Part shown: positions 36,141 to 43,365 of the stretch, piece by piece
Numbering within the stretch: position 1 is the first letter of the stretch
How the letters are laid out: the number at the start of each line of letters is the position of its first letter
Origin: Pseudomonas phage 119X
Direction: 5' to 3' (one strand)
Sequence record: NC_007807.1
DNA: 43,365 nucleotides
The notes under the pieces: generated by a model
What the model saw: the letters and a program-made list of their open reading frames with translations, nothing else
Told to the model about the DNA's origin: nothing
The model's database searches: none
Program-made: the position numbers and the translations under genes

Positions 36141-36578
36141 TTATTCTCCTTCGGGCTTTAAATATCTACTGGATTCTCCAGTGTTCATGAAATGGGTTCG
36201 CTCAGCAATATAACTGGCTAGTATACCAGCCTTAGACCAAGCCCCGTTATAAAGTCTGCTCAGACTTCGCCAACCGTCTTGCTGCTCCCTGTCCATATCT
36301 ACTATTGGTCTACAGGATCGACAGCAATAGGTTACTAATCCTTCTTCTATTTCTCCCAGAATCTTTCCGCAATTTCCACAAACTACTGGCAACATTGCAT
36401 AGCCTATTTGATTAGACAGCTGCCTAGCTATATATGTGTCATCCGCCATCTTAGTTAACAGACTTTCATGTAGGGTCTTATCCTCTTTGTATCGGAGTTT
36501 AAGATCCCATATGTAAAATAGATTAACTATTACTAGGCTAGGAACTTGCAAAGTTGTTCCAGGGATTAAGAAGTTCAT
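36141..36578 (-). CDS. Zinc-binding hypothetical protein
   Basis: 145 aa with CGNCG...CCRSC. It is downstream of promoter copy B. Confidence 0.45.
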   Translation of the reverse strand: MNFLIPGTTLQVPSLVIVNLFYIWDLKLRYKEDKTLHESLLTKMADDTYIARQLSNQIGYAMLPVVCGNCGKILGEIEEGLVTYCCRSCRPIVDMDREQQDGWRSLSRLYNGAWSKAGILASYIAERTHFMNTGESSRYLKPEGE

Positions 36579-36615
36579 GGTCTATCCGACTAATTAGAAA
36601 GGGGTCACACATCGC

Positions 36616-36644
36616 ATTATGCGGCTCGATTGCAAAATGTGCAA
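36616..36644 (-). promoter_or_regulatory. Sigma70-like promoter, copy B. -35 TTGCAC at plus 36639..36644, 17-nt spacer, -10 CATAAT at plus 36616..36621.
   Basis: The minus strand reads GGAAAATCGGGGGTTGCACATTTTGCAATCGAGCCGCATAAT. Confidence 0.6.
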
Positions 36645-36675
36645 CCCCCGATTTTCCTTAATCCTACTAGAGAGA

Positions 36676-36969
36676 TTAAAGTGAGATGCCTATGATAAGA
36701 CAGATTACGAGTATTTGGACAACTCGACATACTACTATGCACTTCGTCAAGAAAGCCCGCATGTGAATATTAGCGATTATCCTATCCCATCGTCCCTCGG
36801 ATTCTTCTTCCTTCCACCAGGGTTCTGATAGATTGTGATAGATAGCTGTTAGCTCATCCCTTTTCATCCTTAGTAGGCTGACCATGATAGTTGCTAGAGT
36901 CAGAACTAGGATCAGACTGAGATGGATTGGATAAAACTGGATTAGGCCCAACAGATTATTGAGGTTCAT
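36676..36969 (-). CDS. Small membrane protein
   Basis: 97 aa with two hydrophobic segments (LILVLTLATIMVSLL and IVVCRVVQILVICLIIGISL). Confidence 0.4.
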   Translation of the reverse strand: MNLNNLLGLIQFYPIHLSLILVLTLATIMVSLLRMKRDELTAIYHNLSEPWWKEEESEGRWDRIIANIHMRAFLTKCIVVCRVVQILVICLIIGISL

Positions 36970-37226
36970 TATAATTCTCTCCCGGTTGAAAGGACGGCCA
37001 AAATAGTATCAGTTACCAGTAGACTTGCGGTAACTTGGTCTATTGTTATTACCAGTCGCTCTAGCATCTGTCCTTTTCTAGAATCTTTAGCTAGTTCCGC
37101 CGCTCGACTGACTTCCTCTTTTAACTGGAACAAATCTCCATAACTAGGGTAATCTTTTTTCAGAAAGGTTACTTGGTCAAGCTCGATTAATAATTTTCCA
37201 ATCTGCCATTTCTCAAGTCTGCTCAT
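36969..37226 (-). CDS. Hypothetical small protein
   Basis: 85-aa ORF. Confidence 0.35.
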   Translation of the reverse strand: MSRLEKWQIGKLLIELDQVTFLKKDYPSYGDLFQLKEEVSRAAELAKDSRKGQMLERLVITIDQVTASLLVTDTILAVLSTGREL

Positions 37227-37552
37227 TAATACTCTCCGTTAATAATTAATAGGGTTTTAATCTCTACGTTCGATAATCCTCCAAAGGTTCCCTGAATTGA
37301 ATCCTCTAACTTATCAATTTCCCAGATTGCATCTACGCCATGAGCTAAAACTTCTATCCCCAGATTCGCAAGGGTGGCATTACAGCAGTTATGGAATTCT
37401 TTCAGATGGTTTGCCAGGAATATCTTCAACTCAGTCATGAAGATTTTAGGATAAGTAGGATTAGCTGGTAGCTTTATATAGAATAGAGCTGTTCCTTCCA
37501 CTACTGGATAGTTAGCTAGGAAGGTTACTTTCAAGATGAAGGACGTAATCAT
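37226..37552 (-). CDS. Hypothetical protein
   Basis: 108-aa ORF. Confidence 0.4.
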   Translation of the reverse strand: MITSFILKVTFLANYPVVEGTALFYIKLPANPTYPKIFMTELKIFLANHLKEFHNCCNATLANLGIEVLAHGVDAIWEIDKLEDSIQGTFGGLSNVEIKTLLIINGEY

Positions 37553-37875
37553 TTCATGTTCTCCTTTCTCCAGTCGATTGCAATCTTAGAGGTTTCAGAA
37601 TATGCCTTGCATAGGATAGGAATGTTATCCTTAGCATCGTAGAAGTCTCTACCTATTGGGTTGGATATCTTAAAGCAGAAGGGCCCTGCTCTATTAGGCT
37701 TATTTGCTGATGCTTCAATGTATATATCCCCACATATCCAAGTTACAGTAGCGAGTAGGATAGATCCTTCCTCAAAGAAGCTTGGATAAGGGCATTCTGG
37801 AGTAATTTTAATTAGGACTTTATCCCCAGTTTTAATCTGGCCGTACCAGTTTTGCCAGTAGCCTTTAATAGTCAT
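37549..37875 (-). CDS. Hypothetical protein
   Basis: 108-aa ORF with overlapping stop/start codons. Confidence 0.4.
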   Translation of the reverse strand: MTIKGYWQNWYGQIKTGDKVLIKITPECPYPSFFEEGSILLATVTWICGDIYIEASANKPNRAGPFCFKISNPIGRDFYDAKDNIPILCKAYSETSKIAIDWRKENMK

Positions 37876-38276
37876 TGCAGTTCTCCAGTCAGGATGAGGT
37901 TAAGCTTTTCGATTACATGTTCAGGAGTTACTTCTTTAAATGGTACAGGATAGAATTTATCATAATCACCGGATTTGTATTCCCCATAAACTAAGGCGTA
38001 AGCCAAACCATGAGAAATTTGAAGGAAATGTTTTACAGCAGCCTCGTTACAATGTTCCTTATATTTAGGCTTTTGGAAGGCACTAATACTCCAGCCAGGG
38101 ATTCCAGAGATTGCCAGATACCCTGCAAAACAGGCAGTATTTCCACAAGTATGAAGTTCTTCTATAGAATGTGCATATTTTCTGCTATCATTGCAATTTT
38201 GCCAACTACGCATATCTAGGTTAGTTGCCCGTTCCATTACTTGAATTGCCAGTTTTACATTCTCGATATTAGCCAT
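37872..38276 (-). CDS. Hypothetical protein
   Basis: 134-aa ORF. Confidence 0.4.
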   Translation of the reverse strand: MANIENVKLAIQVMERATNLDMRSWQNCNDSRKYAHSIEELHTCGNTACFAGYLAISGIPGWSISAFQKPKYKEHCNEAAVKHFLQISHGLAYALVYGEYKSGDYDKFYPVPFKEVTPEHVIEKLNLILTGELQ

Positions 38277-38351
38277 TGCCAGGTGCCTATTGGGTTGAGT
38301 TAAATTAGACTAGCCCCAGACTAATCCAGGGCTAGATCGGCTAAGGAGGAA

Positions 38352-38681
38352 CTATCTGAAGCGCTGATTGGAAACCTGGCGCTTAGTTCTGATTCTATCT
38401 AGATCCTCCTTTTCCTCTTTGCGAAAACGGGCCCTGAGTCTAGGATAAATAACTCCTTCCCAGTCATACCCGTTTTCCAGCATATAGAAACTGGCAATCT
38501 CCTTGGCTGCTCTTACTATTCCATCCTCAGTTGGATCAGCCGACGTAAATGAAAGGGCATGCCGAGTATAGCCTACCTTGATGGATTCGAATTTAGATTG
38601 CAGTGCCTGATACCCACGATGGCCAATGATGCAACTAGCACGGAAAGCAATGACTTGGATGGTTTTATTGGACAGATTCAT
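38352..38681 (-). CDS. Hypothetical protein
   Basis: 109-aa ORF. A 7-bp hairpin (CTAGCCC/GGGCTAG) lies 17 nt downstream of its stop. Confidence 0.4.
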   Translation of the reverse strand: MNLSNKTIQVIAFRASCIIGHRGYQALQSKFESIKVGYTRHALSFTSADPTEDGIVRAAKEIASFYMLENGYDWEGVIYPRLRARFRKEEKEDLDRIRTKRQVSNQRFR

Positions 38682-38889
38682 TAGTTTGTTCCTCTGAGAC
38701 GAAGTAATTGATTAGGGATACTTTGGTAGCTAGCCAGTTCAGCTGATTCTCCTTAGTCATTGTTTCCCAAAATTGTGGAATATAGAAACTGGTTATCAGA
38801 TTTCCATCTTCTTTTCTTGCCTCTAGGATTCTATGTCTTAGATAGTTATCCATGGGGCGCAAGGTTCTGACACTGTAGATTATTCTCAT
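38665..38889 (-). CDS. Hypothetical small protein
   Basis: 74-aa ORF. Confidence 0.35.
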   Translation of the reverse strand: MRIIYSVRTLRPMDNYLRHRILEARKEDGNLITSFYIPQFWETMTKENQLNWLATKVSLINYFVSEEQTNESVQ

Positions 38890-38904
38890 CTGGAGACTCC
38901 AGGG

Positions 38905-40956
38905 TTATAGATTAGCAGTCCAGTCATAACTAGCCGATGGCTTAGTTGAATTAGACTCTAGGCTAGCTGCCCTGGTTAGCAGGTCTGGAGTCAAATATTT
39001 ATGTTCTTCATCTACTTCTACCGGCACGGAATCAAAGTCTGTTACCTTAGCAGTGAAGTAGGCTATCTTATCCTCCAGGGTATTCCCTTTAATTTCTGCC
39101 CTTGCACAAGCCTTTTCAATTAGATCCTCTTTGCCGAAACAGGAGAATTCTTCCCTTGCCCTAGTAAGAGCCGTGTACATTAACTCCCTACTTAACATGG
39201 AAGAATGATCGTAATGGGTAATCAGAAATACTTTCCTCCATTCTGATCCTTGAGACTTATGAACTGTTAAGCAGTAGGCAAACTGGAATTTCTCCTTAGC
39301 GAATTCTCCTGCTGACTTCATTTCATGCCATAGACTTTTTGGAATTCCGTCAGGATAGGCTTCTACTTGATCTTCCCATGCTACGAAGACAGAGTGACTA
39401 GCTGCCCGCTTAGTCATTGATTCATCATCTTCATCCTCATTAGCAGCCTTGATATCCCCTAGATCAAAGTTAGTATAATCCACATCCTCTATATTAACTT
39501 CCTCAGTCTTCCCGCCTACTAGGGGAGTTCCGCCACGAGTATAAGCGCCTGGAGCCTTAGTTACGGTCCCTACATACTTAGGATTTTCCTCGATAGCCAT
39601 TATTCGCCCTAGTCTTTTATCCACTAGGACTAAATCCCCAACAGCCAGATACCATTCGTGCATTGCAGCTCTAATATGATAGACAAGAGCATTCCTGGCC
39701 TGTCCTAAGAATGTGGCTATGCGCTCATTCATTGCCCAAACGCCGCAACCTTTCTTATTCCAGGCTGATAGGATGATATCCTGTTCGGGGTCATACTGTC
39801 CGGCTTCGAAGAGTTTTTGCATAACCCCGCCTAAAGCCATTCCCTGATGATCCATTCCTACTTTAACCTTTGCTCGCCCTGTTATTAGGTTAACCCGGCC
39901 ACAAGGACTTGTTTGGAAAGGTAATCCCTTTAGAACTCGGTGGGCATTTGCAATGATTGGATTATCCAAGGCCTGTCGATAGACTTCTGTTAGTTCTATA
40001 ACAGGGAGCTTACTAAGGGCATAGGCCAGGATTGGATTACCGAAAACAGGCTGTAGCTGGTTAATATCCCCTAGGTAGATAATCTGAACTCCGGGATTCA
40101 GGGCAGCATACAGGTTCATCCATAGATCAACCCCGACCATCGAGGCCTCTTCAATAATCAGGTGAGTAATTCCCATCCGATTACAGGCATTGCGCATAGG
40201 CCTGAAAATCCTTACCTCATAATCGATCCCCTCATCATTCTCCCTAGTCTCAATTACCGGCTCGTATTCCAGTAGACTATGAATAGTCATGCAATGCTCT
40301 ACATACTTCATAGTTGCCGGATTCTTCTTAAGCGCTTTCTGAATATTCCTTACTGCAACCTTAGTAAAAGCTACGATTGCAATAGAATCCTTTTCCCCAA
40401 TGTATTTGAAGTTATGGGTACTGAAAGCGCCCTGTTCTTCTAATGCCTGAACTACTGCGGCCTGAGCGGTAGTCTTACCAGTTCCGGCTGCTCCAGTCAG
40501 AGCAAAGCATTGTCCTTCCCTGGCATAAGTAACTGCCTTAGTCTGCTTATCATTCAAGACTATATCCCCGAATCTAATTAGCTCAGGATTAGAGCCAATC
40601 TCTAGCGTGGGCTTGGCTGACGAAGTCTTGATTGCAGAGCGATTAGCTTCTATTGAGGCTTGTCTGGCTGCCTTCATCCTATCTAAGAATGATAGAGTAG
40701 CCTTTGCCTCTGATAGGCTAGAATCTGGCGCCTGACAAGCTTCCCCATCCTCTAGTTTAGCCTTAAACACTTCATCCTTTTCTTTGGGGCTTAATCCGGC
40801 CAATTCTGAGACTGGAATGGCTACTGCCTGTTCTGCTAAGGCTGCTTTCTTTTCCAGCATCTTTTGCAGGAAACTTAGTTCAGGCTTAGGCTCAGGCTTA
40901 GGCTCTTCGGCCTTAACTGATTTAGCCTTGATTAAATCTTTGAAGTTAATTGCCAT
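38905..40956 (-). CDS. Superfamily 1B DNA helicase, Dda/RecD-like
   Basis: Walker A LTGAAGTGKTT, Walker B IIEEASMV, motif III YLGDINQLQPV, motifs V/VI TVHKSQGSEW and YTALTRAREE. Confidence 0.75.
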   Translation of the reverse strand: MAINFKDLIKAKSVKAEEPKPEPKPELSFLQKMLEKKAALAEQAVAIPVSELAGLSPKEKDEVFKAKLEDGEACQAPDSSLSEAKATLSFLDRMKAARQASIEANRSAIKTSSAKPTLEIGSNPELIRFGDIVLNDKQTKAVTYAREGQCFALTGAAGTGKTTAQAAVVQALEEQGAFSTHNFKYIGEKDSIAIVAFTKVAVRNIQKALKKNPATMKYVEHCMTIHSLLEYEPVIETRENDEGIDYEVRIFRPMRNACNRMGITHLIIEEASMVGVDLWMNLYAALNPGVQIIYLGDINQLQPVFGNPILAYALSKLPVIELTEVYRQALDNPIIANAHRVLKGLPFQTSPCGRVNLITGRAKVKVGMDHQGMALGGVMQKLFEAGQYDPEQDIILSAWNKKGCGVWAMNERIATFLGQARNALVYHIRAAMHEWYLAVGDLVLVDKRLGRIMAIEENPKYVGTVTKAPGAYTRGGTPLVGGKTEEVNIEDVDYTNFDLGDIKAANEDEDDESMTKRAASHSVFVAWEDQVEAYPDGIPKSLWHEMKSAGEFAKEKFQFAYCLTVHKSQGSEWRKVFLITHYDHSSMLSRELMYTALTRAREEFSCFGKEDLIEKACARAEIKGNTLEDKIAYFTAKVTDFDSVPVEVDEEHKYLTPDLLTRAASLESNSTKPSASYDWTANL

Positions 40957-41278
40957 TATGATTCCCTCTCTTAGGCGAGACTACAGCATAGCGCTCGCCA
41001 TTCTTTAATTCTTGCATGCTGATAACACAATCTATCTTGTCCAGGGTTTTAGCCTGATTCCTGAATTCTTTAGTTCCCACTACCAGCCAATCTTGCCCTT
41101 GCCAGTCTAGGGAAACTTGATCTTTCTCAATCGGGGCTGAGATTAGAAAACTACGCTTGAGTAGGAATTTATAGGGCCAGGGTTTAAAGGAGATTAGAAG
41201 TTTAATCTCAGGTTCTAACGAGTCAGCCATAATTCCATACTCCGGCACGGCATATATTCTAGATTGGGAATTAACCAT
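40946..41278 (-). CDS. Hypothetical protein
   Basis: 110-aa ORF. Confidence 0.4.
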   Translation of the reverse strand: MVNSQSRIYAVPEYGIMADSLEPEIKLLISFKPWPYKFLLKRSFLISAPIEKDQVSLDWQGQDWLVVGTKEFRNQAKTLDKIDCVISMQELKNGERYAVVSPKRGNHNGN

Positions 41279-42302
41279 TGTTCTTTTCCCTCTTAATCCT
41301 AGCCATCTTTTCCAGGAAAGTCTCTTTAGCCGGCTTGGGCTGGTCTAATTGAATTTGCTGGGGCGCTGGCGCAGAGTCCAAGGAGTCAAAGGCTGAATCA
41401 AAATAGAGTCCCAAGGCTTCTACCTTTTTCCTGGCCTCTAGAACTTCTTCCCGGAAAGAATTGAATTCTTCCAGTTGATTAGGGGTAGTCGCATATTTAC
41501 CTATGCCAGCCAGGAAGCTACCAATTAGGGAATGGGACTGATGAGTAGCCAGAGTTTTATTAAAGGATTTAGCCTTAGCTACCACGGCAGAGGGTAGCCA
41601 TTCTGCTAGACCGCTAAATGAATCTGCTAGGTTAGAATCTAAGCGCTTTGCCTGGCGCTCAGAACTAACAATGGTTATGGGCCGATAATCTTCCTCATCC
41701 TCTGCCTTAATCCATCCATTTTCTTCGGCGTTCTCAGTGAAATAGGTTAGCCGGAAGATTGACTGAACATAAGAATCCCAATCCTCGGTAGTTAGGCCAG
41801 CCTCTTTAACCTTGAGGATTCCGAAGTTAGTTAACTCCTTATAGATTCTGGTTTTGATGAACTTGAGCGCTTTAATTAGTTGATCCTGGGTCCAATCCTT
41901 TTCTATCTCCAATCTGGCCAGATAAGGAGATTTACCATCTAGGTCCAGCTTATTGATTCTGGCTAAGGAGATTAGAAGGGCACCGGATAGAAGTTCAGAG
42001 GAAAGGCTAGTCAGATACCGCCAGTTAATTCCAGTCAAAGGACCAGTCATTAGCTCAGGCAAAGTATCTACTAGGGGATGACGGACAGGCAGATAGCATC
42101 CGTTGGGAAGCGGGGGAAGATTAGAGGCGACCCGAAGGCCGGAGATAGGGCAGATTAATGCTGCGGACTCTGAATAAGATTTAACTTCGCGCTTAGCCAG
42201 AATCCGGCCTTTCTCTTTCAGAGCCATCAATTGAGTAGCCAGGGACTGGCCGGGCTGAGATTGAGGCTTAGAGTAGGAGGTAGTAATCAGCATTGCAGTC
42301 AC
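41271..42302 (-). CDS. Hypothetical early protein
   Basis: 343-aa ORF downstream of promoter copy C. Confidence 0.5.
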   Translation of the reverse strand: MTAMLITTSYSKPQSQPGQSLATQLMALKEKGRILAKREVKSYSESAALICPISGLRVASNLPPLPNGCYLPVRHPLVDTLPELMTGPLTGINWRYLTSLSSELLSGALLISLARINKLDLDGKSPYLARLEIEKDWTQDQLIKALKFIKTRIYKELTNFGILKVKEAGLTTEDWDSYVQSIFRLTYFTENAEENGWIKAEDEEDYRPITIVSSERQAKRLDSNLADSFSGLAEWLPSAVVAKAKSFNKTLATHQSHSLIGSFLAGIGKYATTPNQLEEFNSFREEVLEARKKVEALGLYFDSAFDSLDSAPAPQQIQLDQPKPAKETFLEKMARIKREKNNG

Positions 42303-42417
42303 TCCAGATATAGAGTTAATAATTAATCTCCCTGGAATAGTCCCTGATAGATTCCATCTATTGCCTTGGCTAGGCCTGATAGTCTGGGTCTATAGGGTAG
42401 CTATTCCAGGGAAGTTA

Positions 42418-42446
42418 ATTATGCCGCACGGATTGCCAAATTGCAA
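42418..42446 (-). promoter_or_regulatory. Sigma70-like promoter, copy C. -35 TTGCAA at plus 42441..42446, 17-nt spacer, -10 CATAAT at plus 42418..42423.
   Basis: The minus strand reads CCCCTCTAGTTGCAATTTGGCAATCCGTGCGGCATAAT. Confidence 0.6.
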
Positions 42447-42456
42447 CTAGAGGGGT

Positions 42457-43152
42457 TTACCAGTCCATTTCAGATATCTGAGATTGGGTTAAGGGACTAC
42501 CTATAGTTAGACCGGAGCCAGTCTTAGAGGCTAGCCATTTATTCGGGTCATCGAATCCTTCCCTAGTTAGGAAAATCTCTAGGTATTCTAGATAGGAGTC
42601 CAGGCTAGCCAGGGCATTGGCTCTAGATAGAGCTTTAGCCGGATCAATAGTCCCTCCTACTACTAGTAGGTTATTAATCAATTCAAGCTGAGCAGCTTTT
42701 CCCTTAGCTGAGTAGAGCTTAGCCTTAATTGATTTGAGTGTGGCCAGATGAGATTGCGTGAAAGTAGGATTTGAGGCCCGCCATTGCGGGGAACCGACAG
42801 TTCTAACTTTAGCGTGGGCCAGGAAATTGGCTAGAGTCCAATCAGGCTGAATAGGTAGAACTCCCTGGAGATAGACTAGGCTAATACTGGTAGTGAATAG
42901 GGGGAATTGTTTAGTTAGAAAGGTTCCTCCCTTCTTAGTCTTAGCCTTTGGAATAGGGTTAGATTGGGTTAGATCAGAGGATGGAACCTCGGCTTCTAAA
43001 TCAGCCAGGGTTAGGACTAATTCCTTTTCAGTCCCAGGATTAGGATTAGGATTAGGATTAGAATTAGGATCAGCCTTAAGGCTAGGGTTAGGATCAGTCG
43101 AAGGCTGGAGTAAAGATTTGAGGAAGGAAGAATTAGCCATTGGAAGCTCCAT
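42457..43152 (-). CDS. First gene of the leftward early block: protein with an N-terminal (NP)5 repeat
   Basis: 231 aa. NPNPNPNPNP is encoded by a hexanucleotide tandem repeat (TAGGAT x5, read on plus) at 43037..43070. Confidence 0.5.
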   Translation of the reverse strand: MELPMANSSFLKSLLQPSTDPNPSLKADPNSNPNPNPNPGTEKELVLTLADLEAEVPSSDLTQSNPIPKAKTKKGGTFLTKQFPLFTTSISLVYLQGVLPIQPDWTLANFLAHAKVRTVGSPQWRASNPTFTQSHLATLKSIKAKLYSAKGKAAQLELINNLLVVGGTIDPAKALSRANALASLDSYLEYLEIFLTREGFDDPNKWLASKTGSGLTIGSPLTQSQISEMDW

Positions 43153-43206
43153 AGGTTGGTTTTTGGGTCGGCCATAGTTTGCCGGGGTAGGGAGTCCATT
43201 GTAGGG

Positions 43207-43277
43207 CCAAGGTTAGGTCAAGGTAAATGTCGAGGTTCAGTGAATAAAGGCCAAGGTAGATCAAGGTAGGCCAAGGT
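43207..43277. repeat. Iteron-like array: (C/T)CAAGGT(A/T) x5-6 at 10-13 bp spacing. The three tightest copies, CAAGGTAG, are 10 bp apart at 43251..43280.
   Basis: Read directly. Copies at 43207, 43218, 43231 (CGAGGTT variant), 43251, 43261 and 43271. It is the reverse complement of the ACCTTGG repeats at 199..229. Confidence 0.7.
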
Positions 43278-43283
43278 AGGGAA

Positions 43284-43360
43284 GGGGGTAGGGGTAGGCT
43301 TAGAATAATTCCATCCCCAGGTTAAGACTGCTATCCCCCAGGAAAAGGAGTCTATCCCCC
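43284..43360. repeat. Terminal G-tract then C-tract motifs: GGGGGTAGGGGTAGG, then CATCCCCA, CTATCCCCCA, CTATCCCCCTTATA
   Basis: Read directly. The last 15 nt reverse-complement to TATAAGGGGGATAGA, which closely matches TATAGGGGAATAGAG at 59..73. Confidence 0.6.
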
Positions 43361-43365
43361 TTATA

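Noticed and set aside
38181-38215. Plus-strand TTGCAATTTTGCC resembling the conserved promoter motif, inside minus-strand gene 37872..38276
   Set aside because: It has no acceptable -10 at 16-18 nt (TATCTA) and it is in coding sequence. Probably a chance match to the TTGCAA half-site, though antisense transcription cannot be excluded.
38310-38335. 7-bp hairpin CTAGCCC/GGGCTAG downstream of gene 38352..38681
   Set aside because: It is only weakly U-rich downstream (UCUAAUUUAAC) on the transcribed strand, and the stem is short. Not confident it is a terminator, so it is not reported as a feature.
43198-43227. Candidate early promoter TTTACC-18-TACAAT on the minus strand at the right terminus
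   Set aside because: The -35 is weak, the spacer is 18 nt, and other alignments (TTGACC with a 12-nt spacer) are worse. I kept it only as a comment within the right-terminus finding rather than as a feature.

Overview
The window reads as a complete or near-complete ~43.4 kb genome of a lytic, tailed dsDNA phage, probably T7-supergroup-like podovirus architecture but without a phage RNA polymerase. The host is probably Gram-negative, because an Rz/Rz1 spanin pair is present. There are three transcription blocks. (i) A short leftward 'left arm' (381..1717, minus strand) has its own sigma70-like promoter and an intrinsic terminator at ~332..361. (ii) A long rightward structural and lysis block (2096..23866, plus strand). 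In order it holds: HTH small-terminase candidate, large terminase, portal, a T4 Dnk-like dNMP kinase, a Q-rich scaffold-like protein, the major capsid gene followed by a strong terminator, a complete lysis cassette (holin, second TM protein, M15 peptidase endolysin, overlapping Rz/Rz1), a ~1030-aa tail protein, then three consecutive virion proteins of 305, 577 and 1849 aa that resemble an internal core or ejection trio. (iii) A long leftward early/replication block (43152..23922, minus strand). It holds family A DNA polymerase with 3'-5' exonuclease motifs, a Dda/RecD-like SF1 helicase, a deviant P-loop NTPase, a Sak4-like ATPase, a DEDDh exonuclease, a Cas4-like PD-(D/E)XK nuclease, a MazG-like pyrophosphohydrolase, a strongly acidic Ocr-like small protein and many small early ORFs. 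Blocks ii and iii converge on a perfect 12-bp bidirectional terminator at 23883..23913. I found no integrase, repressor, tRNA or CRISPR array. Features I think are novel or under-described: repeat-rich non-coding termini carrying iteron-like CAAGGT/ACCTTG arrays in inverted orientation plus ATAGGGG/CCCCTAT motifs; a three-member family of near-consensus sigma70 promoters sharing an extended ~35-bp motif; G5/C5 tracts concentrated in regulatory DNA; a 13-bp perfect hairpin upstream of the polymerase gene; a micro-ORF with a perfect Shine-Dalgarno in an intergenic gap; a codon-usage island over the scaffold and capsid genes. All calls come from reading the sequence and motif knowledge. No database search was possible.
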